From assembly GCF_009914755.1 (NCBI RefSeq), contig NC_060931.1: a stretch of 64,000 bases of DNA; one strand, 5' to 3'. The notes under the pieces are model-generated. The model saw only the letters and a program-made list of their open reading frames with translations, was not told the DNA's origin and did not search any database. The translations under genes and the position numbers were made by a program. Positions 50,406 to 64,000 of this stretch are shown piece after piece. Each line of letters begins with the position of its first letter. The first letter of the stretch is position 1. This DNA is from the human T2T-CHM13v2.0 reference genome, Homo sapiens.

Positions 50406-51692
50406 CTTACAAAATTCTGCTGAGAATATGCCCCCCGTTATTCATAATGCTCATGTTTTTCATACTGAGGGTAGCTGTGCACTTTGGGTTTTTACAGAGA
50501 AATGTGTTTTAGGGGAAGTTTTTCTGGCTGACTTGTTCAATCATATCTAATCTGAGTTTTTTTCTTAAGATGCTTTTCTTTTTTTTTCCCTCTCAATATA
50601 ATCATTTTCAGAGTGAGCTGTTTTTCTCTTGAATGCATTGGGTGTCTGTTTTGGAAGCCCTATTACTATCCCATGGTGTCTGTTAATGAGGTGGGCTGTC
50701 ATAGTGAGAACTCTTGGAGCTATCTCTATATGGACTCATGCTGGAAATCCAGCAGAGTGATTTCCATGTCACCATTACAAATAAAAAACTGAGGCTTAAA
50801 CACTGCACCCATTCCCATTATTGTGAAGGTGCAATTCTACCCAGGAGGCCTGCAGGCTCTCCTCCTGCAACTCAGGCTTCATTCTCTGATGTGGCATTGA
50901 AGTGCTGCTGTGGCAGTTGGGGTTATATATAGGGTGCCAGGTGTGAGCTGTGTGCTGGGGGCTCTGCCTCAGTGGCAGATGGTAGGAGTCAAGAGAGGAC
51001 ACAAGCTACCAGGAGACGGCAAGCAGGAGGTACCTGGCTTTAAGTTGCAAAATTACCTTTTGTCATGAAGATGTGAAAAGTGTATTTTGTCATTGATTAT
51101 AACCAATTAGCATATATGGATGACCTCCCAAATTACCAGGTGAATTTATGATGAACTATGTATGACATGTGCTGTAAATTTTTCTACTTGTGGACTAATT
51201 ATTGTGACCGTCTTTCTGTCTTTGCAATCTCTTAAGCAGATTGACTGTGATGCATGTCACATTCTGGTTGAATTGTGTAATAAAACAGCTTTCTTTCTGT
51301 TCTATCATTGTGGAGTTACTCTGGAGCTGGAGAAAATTTTTCTTTTATTTATATTTTCCAAACACTGTCTAGAATTACCACACATGATATAAACATATAA
51401 GGTGCCAACCAAGCTTTAATCCAGAGGAGGCTTTTCCTTTCAGGCTTCCAGTCAACTCACAATTGTGCTGCAAAATGCATGCTGTCCCCTAAATATGCAG
51501 GCAGAATTGTGTCTCTGTCTATTTGGTGTTATAGTCCTCTACAGTCACCTCTAGAGAGCTAGGCCAGATTTCTACATACTTCACAGGGCAGCAGTTAACC
51601 ATTTTACCTCTTTCAATGACTCTTGTATCTTTAGACCAGAAACTGCTTCAGAGATCATGGGACCCAGAAACCCAGAGTAACGTGTGCCTTAA

Positions 51693-52030
<338 letters not shown>

Positions 52031-52144
52031 CCCTTCTTCCTCTTCTTAAAATACCCACAAATGTGTGGATGACACCTACTGCTACTGCACCCATCCAGGA
52101 ACTAAATTTGCAGCTCCAAATTCTGAATCAGGGTCTTAAGATTT

Positions 52145-52602
52145 GGGAAAAAATAAAACCTTTTATCTGAGAAATGCAAATTCTTTTAGTTATAAGGTTC
52201 AGAGACATTAAAATAATACCACAATTATGTATTTCTCTGTTCTTTGAGCTAAGAATTTATCTCTTGAAACTGCTTGCTATTGCCACAAGTAGGTATAAAT
52301 TAAACTAATAATGACACACTGGATCCTGTAACCCACACCCTATAGCTTAACAATGTTTATCCAATCAATAATCAATCTTATTTTTTTGTAAACAAATGAG
52401 AGTTTCTGACAAACAACTTTGTATCAGCCCACCCTCTTTCCCTCTCTTTTTGCCTTTACAAATCCACTTGCAGCTGCGCTAATCCAAGTGTAGATTCCTG
52501 GCAACATGAATCTTTGATCCCAGGTTACAATTCCCAATCTTGGCTCAAATAAACTCTCTACTTATATTCATGTAGCTTCAGCTTTTTCCTTTCAAGTAGA
52601 CA
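52145..52602 (+). mobile_element. Old ERV1-type LTR fragment (MER93/MER39-like)
   Basis: LTR-like composition with AATAAACTCTCTACTTATATT and a ...TAGACA end; family assignment uncertain. Confidence 0.45.
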
Positions 52603-53873
52603 TATTATTTAGAATGTGCTAGAGCAGCCTCTATGAGGCGATCTCTCCTTTGGTTGTGCTCCACTTGCTGTAACACCCAAAAATGCAGAGGCAGGCTGCT
52701 CCCACCTAGAATCTGTACATAAGGTCTGGCCTCTCCCTGGAATTTACAAGACAGGGCCAGACTCTGGTTTGAGAAAGTACAGAAAACCAACAGGAGACAT
52801 TTTCTGCATTGTGAGATGTCGACATAGACATCTTAAAGCTTCCCTTTGAGAGTGTTGCTCTTAGAACTTTTCAGATCTTGTTCAGTGACCTGCTACAGTT
52901 ATGTGAGAGGATCCAGGTGTAAATAGAATCTGATGACAGATTCTGTAAGCGTAAACAAGCATCTTAGGGGTGAGAGATGAAGGCCACAAAGTATCGAGAG
53001 TCATGATCACAATTATACCTACCTGTAAAATGTAATACTGGACTAGAGTATTTTTTCTTTCCTTTTGCCCAAGAGCTAGCTAATTAGGACCCGTAATCTG
53101 GAGCTCCACTGTGGCAGTTCCACTTTCTATTTAGAATCAGCCTGAGTCTCTCCTGCCTGCCTTATCCTTGGGCCATCAGCCCAGGGTCACTGGGAACTCT
53201 CTCACAATCACCTAGGCATCTTTGAGATATTTGAGGATGTCCAGAGCAGAATTGTGTCAGGTTGACAAGAGTGGTTAATTCTGCCTCTGTCTCAGTGTAA
53301 GAGAAATGAGACATCCTGTGTTTGCTCCTCCCCTCATACAAGAGATGTCTTTGGTTGGTATCCAGTTGAGAGTTTCCCAGTTTCCTGATAGTTGGATGAA
53401 AAACAAGGAGGAGGTCTGGAGACTCAAGCAGATAAACCAATTGCTACCATTTCATATGGCCCTTAGAAAAATAGATAAAGCAGTCATGGTCCCTACCATC
53501 TAGGAACTGTTAGTCTAGACTAGCAACTGAATACGTGGTTGAATTAAGCATCATATGGTTGGCAAAGTGAATAGATGTGTGGGAAAACGTGTGGGCTTTA
53601 TTTGGGCCACTTTCTTTATATCGTTGTGACTTCTGAGGTCATCATTTGAATGAATGTTTATGACCACAAGAGTTTTAAATATTTTTATTTCTTTTACTTT
53701 GCTAAGAATACATATTTATCTTATAATAAAATTACCCTAGAAAACCCCAGGAGATTTGTTTAAATGGCTAATTAGTATATTTACACAGTTGATGGGTTGA
53801 GCAGAGTAATATATAGGGTTTACTCCCAGCTGCAGTTCTGTTCAGATTCACCCTTTTTGGAGGCTTTATTTAG

Positions 53874-54000
53874 GTCTGGCCCCACCCTGGAGTCTTGCCT
53901 CACAGAACTGATTAGAAGAGATCAGAGTTTTGGCTGGTGCCTTTCTGGAGTGGTTGCTAACAATTCCCGAATTCCACAAGGAGATAAATGGGAAAAAAAG
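53874..54000 (+). other. Candidate alternative non-coding cassette exon (127 nt)
   Basis: Acceptor CTTTATTTAG| at 53873 and donor AAG|GTATGC at 54000/54001; splice signals only. Confidence 0.5.
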
Positions 54001-54199
54001 GTATGCATTTTAGGGTCCTAATTTTTAAAATTTTTTATTAAAACCAGTATTTGCAGAGACATTCCATTTAGCAATGTGTTTTCTATTCCTGCAGATCCAG
54101 TAGTTTCCCACAAGTCACAAAAAAATAAACACAGTGAAAATTTATCTAAACCACATTAAACTGTCCTTTTCTGTATCCCTCTCATCTGACTATATTTAG

Positions 54200-54645
<446 letters not shown>

Positions 54646-54665
54646 TATCCTATACATTTTTTTAA

Positions 54666-54887
<222 letters not shown>

Positions 54888-55305
54888 TAAAGTTTTATTT
54901 CTCTATTTCTGTAGACTGTTTTCTGGTAATTTATGCTTTGCATAAATGAGTTTCAGATCTCTGTTTTCAAGAAAATCCTTGAGATTTCTTTGTGTAGAAA
55001 ATAATTCCTTCAAGATACTTCATCTTGACCTGAACTTTTCACATTAGTGAGCTAATCTGTATTTTTCACTCTAGATTAGTGATAATTCCAGAAATTTAGT
55101 GGCATGAAATATTGTTGCCCACGCCTTAAAATCTAATTTCCAACACCAATTTTTGATTCAATAGTACCAGATAGTAAAATTTAAAACCTACACATTTAAA
55201 ATATTTTCTGAATATTTAGAAATATATGTTATAAATTAGTATTTATTCTATTACATCCTCTTTACTGAGCACCTTACTGGATTAGTAATTGGAGAATATG
55301 ATTAA

Positions 55306-55440
<135 letters not shown>

Positions 55441-55849
55441 TGAGAGTGAAAGTGAATACAACAGATGACAAAGATGAAAGGTCAAAGGTCAAAGAAAAAG
55501 CCAGTCCTTAAAATATGATTTGGGAAGCTGTGTTCCAAAGGAAATAGTTTCTGGAAAGCCTGAGTTTTTTTTTCTTTTGCTGTCACATAGGGCATCTTCT
55601 GTCTTATGCTTTTAAATTCTCTAAGGATTCTACTTTCCCTTCAGTGATCTTTCTTCAAGTTCACAGTGACAGCCAAAGTTCTTTTCATGGCATATAAGAG
55701 AGTGCACAATCTGACTCTTTTTTATTGTTTTGGGGGACACACATACATCTGCATAATTTTGAAAACCTCTATGTTAAACTTTTTTAAGTTATTTTTTGCA
55801 TCATATCTGAAATGTGTGAGTAGTGGTTTCTGTTCCATTGGGTTTTCTT

Positions 55850-56900
<1,051 letters not shown>

Positions 56901-57112
56901 AAAGAGCAAAAACCTCTTTAAGTTTTTATAAACTAATTTTAGGAGGTAAAGATCTTTTGTTGAGCCCCCAGGTGATGGGATGCCCTCTGGGTTTGTAGTG
57001 GAGAGGGGTTGTAGCTTAGTCACAAGGATGTTGGGTCTGCACTAGGGTCCACCTTTATTGGCTTGTTACTAGAAGCTTGGGTAGTTTTAATTCCCATTTT
57101 AGTTTTGGATAG

Positions 57113-57592
<480 letters not shown>

Positions 57593-59419
57593 TGACCATG
57601 AACTGTGGATCAGGGAGCTGGAACTGAGTCATTGAACTGTTTCAGGGACCACAGTAGAGGCCAAGGTCTGCAGGCCTGCCTGCATGGCTACAAATGAGTG
57701 TTCTCCTCCAGGCCTCTGGAAAGACAGGACCTCTCGCAGACTGTGGCTGGGAGAAGTTTGAGGTGATGACAGAGTTCAGAATTGGTGGGACCAAGTTGGG
57801 AGGGCCATTTCCTGGTCTGTAGCCAAGTACAGGGGTCTTGTAGTTTGCCTCCTGAATAAGGACCCGCCTTCTGAAAAGGAACACTTCTCAATCTTTGGCT
57901 CTAGCAGAGTTTCACAACTCCCTTCCTGGAACTCGGAGCTCTCTTAAAGGCACTTATTTTTTATTTATTTTCTTTTTTCTTTTTTTTTGTTTTTTTTGTT
58001 TTTTGTTTTTAAAGGCACTTATTTTTTAGATGGGTTCTTGCTTTATAACTGAGGCTGGTCTTTAAATCCTGGTCTGAAGCAGTTCTTCAACCTGAATATA
58101 CCATTTAGCTGTCATCGCAGGTGTGATACATGATGCCTGGCTCTCTCATAAATACATTTTTTTTGGTCAGGGATGGCTGATAAATGTTTTTGCTGTTGGG
58201 ATATAAGAAAGTAGGGCACCTTTTATTTTTCCATCTTACTGATGTCACTCTGTATACATTTTTGTTTTTTATTTTCTACTTCAAATTTGTCTATAACTTC
58301 AGATTCAGACATTTAGGGCAATGTACTAGAATTTACAAGTTATGCCTAAAATAAATTAGATAATTAGTAGGCATTCTATATTTACTAAAATAGTTACTTA
58401 CAAATTTGAGCTAGCTGTCGTTATAAACAAATTATAGGATTTTCACCCACTTTCTTCAGCCTATATCTAAATAATAATATAACTTATTCTCAAATACTTT
58501 TATATATTAGAGACTCTAACCATATTCTGTGCACACACACACACATACTTACACATATAAATATATATTACATACCCAAATAAATATATATATACATACA
58601 CATATATTTTCTCTTTAGCAATGTAAGGGTATTCTTTGCTTCTAAAGTAAGGTTACAGAAGTTTTATTTTGTGTGAGAATAGCATATATTTTAAATATCA
58701 GAATTATCTCCACTTCCTTTTAAATACTCATTTATTAAAATTTTCTCATTAGCATCTTCTATTTATGATTATACTGCATTTTCTCTGAACTTTTACTGCC
58801 ACACAACACATGCCAGTGATTCAAAATACCTGTCTTCCATGAGTACACACTTAAATATTGCAGTTATCTAGACAAATTCTTTCTTAATGGTACATCAATA
58901 TTGCAAAAAAGATTTCATGAATAAACATTTTTCTTATTGTTTTGTAGTTCCATATTAGTGTGGTTTTTCAGTGTAGGTTTCTTAACATCAGATTATTGTG
59001 TTTTGTTTTATTTATGTAATTTTAGATAATTTGCAATTCTGTTTGTACACTTTTAAGTCAATGTGGGGTTTAAAAAATAAATTAGCCATATGTCTATTAC
59101 AATCAGATTATATATGTGCGTGTTTTATATATAAATATGACCCAAATTTTGGTTATGGCTTATCTTGTTTATATTCTTTCTTAGCTGATTTTAAATGGTG
59201 GTTTTAGCTTGTCTAAGTAGTCATGGAAATCATCTTTTCACTGTGTGTTTAACGATGAATTTATATTTCCTTTGTGTGAGAGAAACAGTTTTGTGATTTG
59301 AGGCAATTTTTGAAAAGATTTATAATTCTATATTTTTTTCAGTTTTTCTTTAAAATATTGTTGTAAAAACTCATTACATAAAATATACAGTTTTAAATCT
59401 ATTGAAGTGTACATTTCAA

Positions 59420-59997
<578 letters not shown>

Positions 59998-60279
59998 TAT
60001 ACTGTTCATTTCAGGCATGTTAAGTATATTCACATTGTTATTTAACAGACTTCTAGAAATTTTACATCTTGTGAAACTAAAATTCAATACCCGTTAAGTA
60101 ACAACTGCCCATTTTACCCCTTTTCCAGCTCTTGACAAACACCCTTCCACTTTTGGTTTTTATGAGTGTGACTACTTAAGTTATCTCATGTAAGTGGAAT
60201 CATGTAGTATCCATCAGTTTTTTACTAGCTTATTTTAGTGACATAATATTCTCAAAGTTTATCTTAAAATGTGACAAGA

Positions 60280-60958
60280 TTTATTTATTTATTTATTTTT
60301 TATTTTTTATTATACTTTGTTTTAGGGTACATGTGCACAACATGCAGGTTTGTTACATATGTGTACATGTGCCATGTTGGTGTGCTGCACCCAGTAACTC
60401 GTCATTTACATTTGGTATATCTCCTAATGCTATCCCTCCCCCCTGCCCCCACCCCACAACAGTCCCCGGTGTGTGATGTTCCCCTTCCTGTGTCCAAGTG
60501 TTCTCATTGTTCAGTTCCCACCTATGAGTGAGAACATGCAGTGTTTGGTTTTTTGTCCTTGCGATAGTTTGCTGAGAATGATGGTTTCCAGCTTCATCCA
60601 TGTCCCTACAAAGGACATGAACTCATCCTTTTTTATGGCTGCATAGTATTCCATGGTGTATATGTGCCACATTTTCTTAGTCCAGTCTATCATTGTTGGA
60701 CATTTGGGTTGGTTCCAAGTCTTTGCTATTGTGAATAGTGCCACAATAAACATACATGTGCATGTGTCTTTATAGCAGCATGATTTATAATCCTTTGGGT
60801 ATATACCCAGTAATGGGATGGCTGGGTCAAATGGTATTTCTAGTTCTAGATCCCTGAGGAATCGCCACACCGACTTCCACAATGGTTGAACTAGTTCACA
60901 GTCCCACCAACAGTGTAAAAGCGTTCTTATTTCTCCACATCCTCTCCAGCACCTGTTG
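60280..60958 (-). mobile_element. 5'-truncated L1PA (PA4/PA5-like) 3' end inside older L1M sequence
   Basis: L1 3'UTR plus ORF2 C-terminus (60511-60882, [25 protein letters not shown]...MFSLIGGN). Confidence 0.95.
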
Positions 60959-61168
60959 TATGTATATGTTAAATTTTTTGATGTGTTTATAAGTAAAGGA
61001 ACACCTGGGTTCCTTCAGCCTTTTGGCTTTTGTGAATACTGGTACAATAAACATAGATGTTCAAATATGTCTTTCAGGTCCTGTTTTGCATATTTTGGAT
61101 ATAGATTAAGAAATAGGATTTATTATTTGATACAGTATTTTATTTTTAATTATTTTAGAAACATAGCA

Positions 61169-61455
61169 TTTTTTTTTTTTTTTTGAGACGGAGTCTCGCT
61201 TTGTCACCCAGGCTGGAGTGCAGTGGCTCAACCTCGGCTCACTGCAAGCTCCGCCTCCCGGGTTCACGCCATTCTCCTGCCTCAGCCTCTCCGAGTAGCT
61301 GGGACTACGTGCGCCCGCCACCACGCCCGGCTAATTTTTTGTATTTTTTAGTAGAGACGGGGTTTCACCGTGGTCTCGAACTCCTGACCTCGTGATCCGC
61401 CCACCTCGGCCTCCCAAAGTGCTGGGATTACAAGCGTGAGCCACCGCGCCCGGCC
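61169..61455 (-). mobile_element. AluY, Yd-lineage-like
   Basis: 12-nt deletion in the left arm (TTTCACCG^TGGTCTCG) and an extra base in GCCTCTCCGAG; CpG-rich. Confidence 0.8.
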
Positions 61456-61895
61456 GGTAAAACATAACATTTTAAAACAATGGCTGCATTCTTGTTTTTC
61501 ACCAGAAGTCAATATGGGTTTCATTTTTATTGCATCATCAACAGATTTGGTGTCTTTAAAAAATTGATAATGGCCATTCTAATTGGTGTGAGGTGATTTT
61601 GTTTTTCATTGTGATTTTTATGCATTTCTCTACAAATGATAATTTACTGTGTTCTTTCAGTTGCGTTTTCTAATTTGTGTATCTTTTATGATGAAAATTT
61701 AATTCAATTATTTGTCCATTTCTAAATGAAGTAATTCAACTTTATTGTTCAGTTTTAAGAGTTGTTTGTATATTTGTAATATTAACTTCTATCACATGTG
61801 ATTTGCAAATATTTTCACTCATTTCCTAAGAGGTGTTGTCACTCTATTGAATGTTGTCTGTGATGTGCATTAATTTTAAATATAGTATAGTTGAA

Positions 61896-62299
<404 letters not shown>

Positions 62300-62895
62300 T
62301 AAGTATTTTTTTAAAATATTTTTTGTATTTTCAAAGAGAATGGTTCAAAGAAATGATCCAACTTTATTTCATCAGTGTTGATATCCAGTTCTCAACATTA
62401 TTTTTTGAAAAGATTATCTTTTCCCTCTTTTGTACTCGTGGCAACTTTGTAGAAGATCATTTGATTATATACAGATGGGTTCATTTCTGGTCTCTTCTGT
62501 TCTTTCATCTGTTTATCTGTCTGTGTCAGTACCACATTGTTTTTGTTATTATAGCTTTTAATTGTTTTGAAATCAGGAAGTATAATGCCTCTTTGTTTTT
62601 TTCCATGGGTGTTATAGTTTATAATAAAAATTTAAAATTTTAAATAATATTTCTGTAAAAAATTGTGCTATTAAGATTTTTATAAAAATTATATTGAATT
62701 TGTTCACCACTGTATGTTATATTGACATCTTTTAAAAATTAAATTTTTTTACCCTTGAGCAAGAATATGTTGAACAGTGTGTTTTATTTTAATATATTTT
62801 TGAGTTTTCCAGCTTTACTTTTGCTTTTAATTAGTAGGTTTATTCAGTTTTGTCAGAAAACATGGAATGTATGATTTTGGTCTTCTTAAATTTAT

Positions 62896-63165
62896 TTGTT
62901 GTTGTCATTGTTTTGAGACAGGATCTTACTCTCACCCAGGCTAAAGTGCAGTGGTATGATGGCATGACTGGCCCACTGCAGCCTCAGCTTGCTGGGCTCA
63001 AGTGATTCTTCCACCTCAGTTTCCTGAGTAGCTAGGACTACAGACATACTATGGGACCACCATGTCTGGATAATATTTTTATTATTTGTAGGAACAGGGC
63101 CTCACTAAGTTGTCCATGCTGGTCTCAAACTTCTGGCCCCAGTAATCTTCCCACGTTGGTCTCAT
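62896..63165 (-). mobile_element. Degraded AluJ
   Basis: Diverged Alu motifs. Confidence 0.75.
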
Positions 63166-63262
63166 GAGCTCCTGCAGTTCACTGGTATTTTTAAATTTCA
63201 TAAGACTTGGTTTGATTCCTAACAGAATACGCCAGGTGCAAATAAGAATATTGTACATTCTC

Positions 63263-63557
63263 GGCCGGGCGTGGTGGCTCACGCCTGTAATCCCAGCACT
63301 TTGGGAGGCCGAGGCGGGCGGACCACTAGGTCAGGAGATCGAGATCATCCTGGCTAACATGGTGAAATCCCGTCTCTACTAAAAATACAAAAATTAGCCG
63401 GGCTTGGTAGTGGGCGCCTGTAGTCCCAGCTACTCGGGAGGCTGAGGCAAGAGAATGGTGTGAACTCAGGAGGCGGAGCTTGCAGTGAGCCGAGATCATG
63501 CCACCGCGGCTGGGCGACAGAGTGAGACTCCATCTCAAAAAAAAAAAAAAAAAAAAA
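63263..63557 (+). mobile_element. AluY-like
   Basis: 19-bp TSD AAGAATATTGTACATTCTC on both sides. Confidence 0.95.
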
Positions 63558-63623
63558 GAATATTGTACATTCTCTTGCTTTTGACTGAAAAGTTTTATAC
63601 ATGTCTGTTAAGCTTAGTTGGTC

Positions 63624-63990
63624 TGTAATATGGTTTGCATGTCCATGTTCTGCAAACCTCATGCTGCAATGTACTCCTCAATGTTGGATGTAAAACCTGG
63701 TGGCAGGTATTTGGGCCATGGGGCCAACTTCCTCGTGAATAGCTTGGCGTCATCCTCTTGGTAATCAAAAAGTTTATACTCTGTTAATTCAAATGAGAGC
63801 TGATTCATTAAAATAAACTAGCTCCTTCACCTCATACTTCCTCTGTCTATTACCATGTGATATGTGTATGTTCAGTTATTCTTTGCCTTCCACCATGATC
63901 GTAAGCTTCCTGAGATCCTCACCAGAAGCAGATGCTGGCATGCACTTCTTGTACAGGTGCAGTCTGTCAAACCAAGCCAAATAAACCTTT
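63624..63990 (+). mobile_element. MaLR LTR (MSTB-like)
   Basis: ATATGGTTTG...CTTTGCCTTCCACCATGATCGTAAGCTTCCTGAG...CACCAGAAGCAGATGCTGGC...AATAAACC. Confidence 0.8.
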
Positions 63991-64000
63991 TTTTTTTTTT

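Noticed and set aside
58529-58606. CA/TA-rich stretch
   Set aside because: Ordinary degenerate microsatellite.

Overview
Primate (human-like) genomic DNA containing the 5' half of a ZNF91-subfamily KRAB zinc-finger gene on the + strand, most likely ZNF107. The ATG-only first exon is at 29764-29766, the KRAB-A exon at 54723-54849 and the KRAB-B exon at 55340-55435; the zinc-finger exon lies beyond the window. Upstream (1-23360) is a diverged ~70-bp beta-satellite (BSR) array with a multi-kb higher-order structure, an internal inversion and many Alu/L1/MaLR insertions. Intron 1 holds an old L1, LTR fragments and a near full-length, sense-oriented HERV-H/F-like provirus with a tRNA-Phe PBS (42521-50405). 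The most unusual feature is that this provirus has no normal 5' LTR. It begins with an inverted R/U5 copy that forms a 57-bp hairpin with the sense U5, and the whole element is still bounded by a 5-bp target-site duplication (CTTAC). A candidate splice acceptor lies inside this hairpin and could pair with the viral splice donor to make a stop-containing cassette exon, which would switch the host gene to a KRAB-less protein starting at MVAKPP. Most ORFs in the supplied track are Alu- or satellite-derived noise. Family and subfamily names are assigned from remembered consensus sequences, not from a database search.
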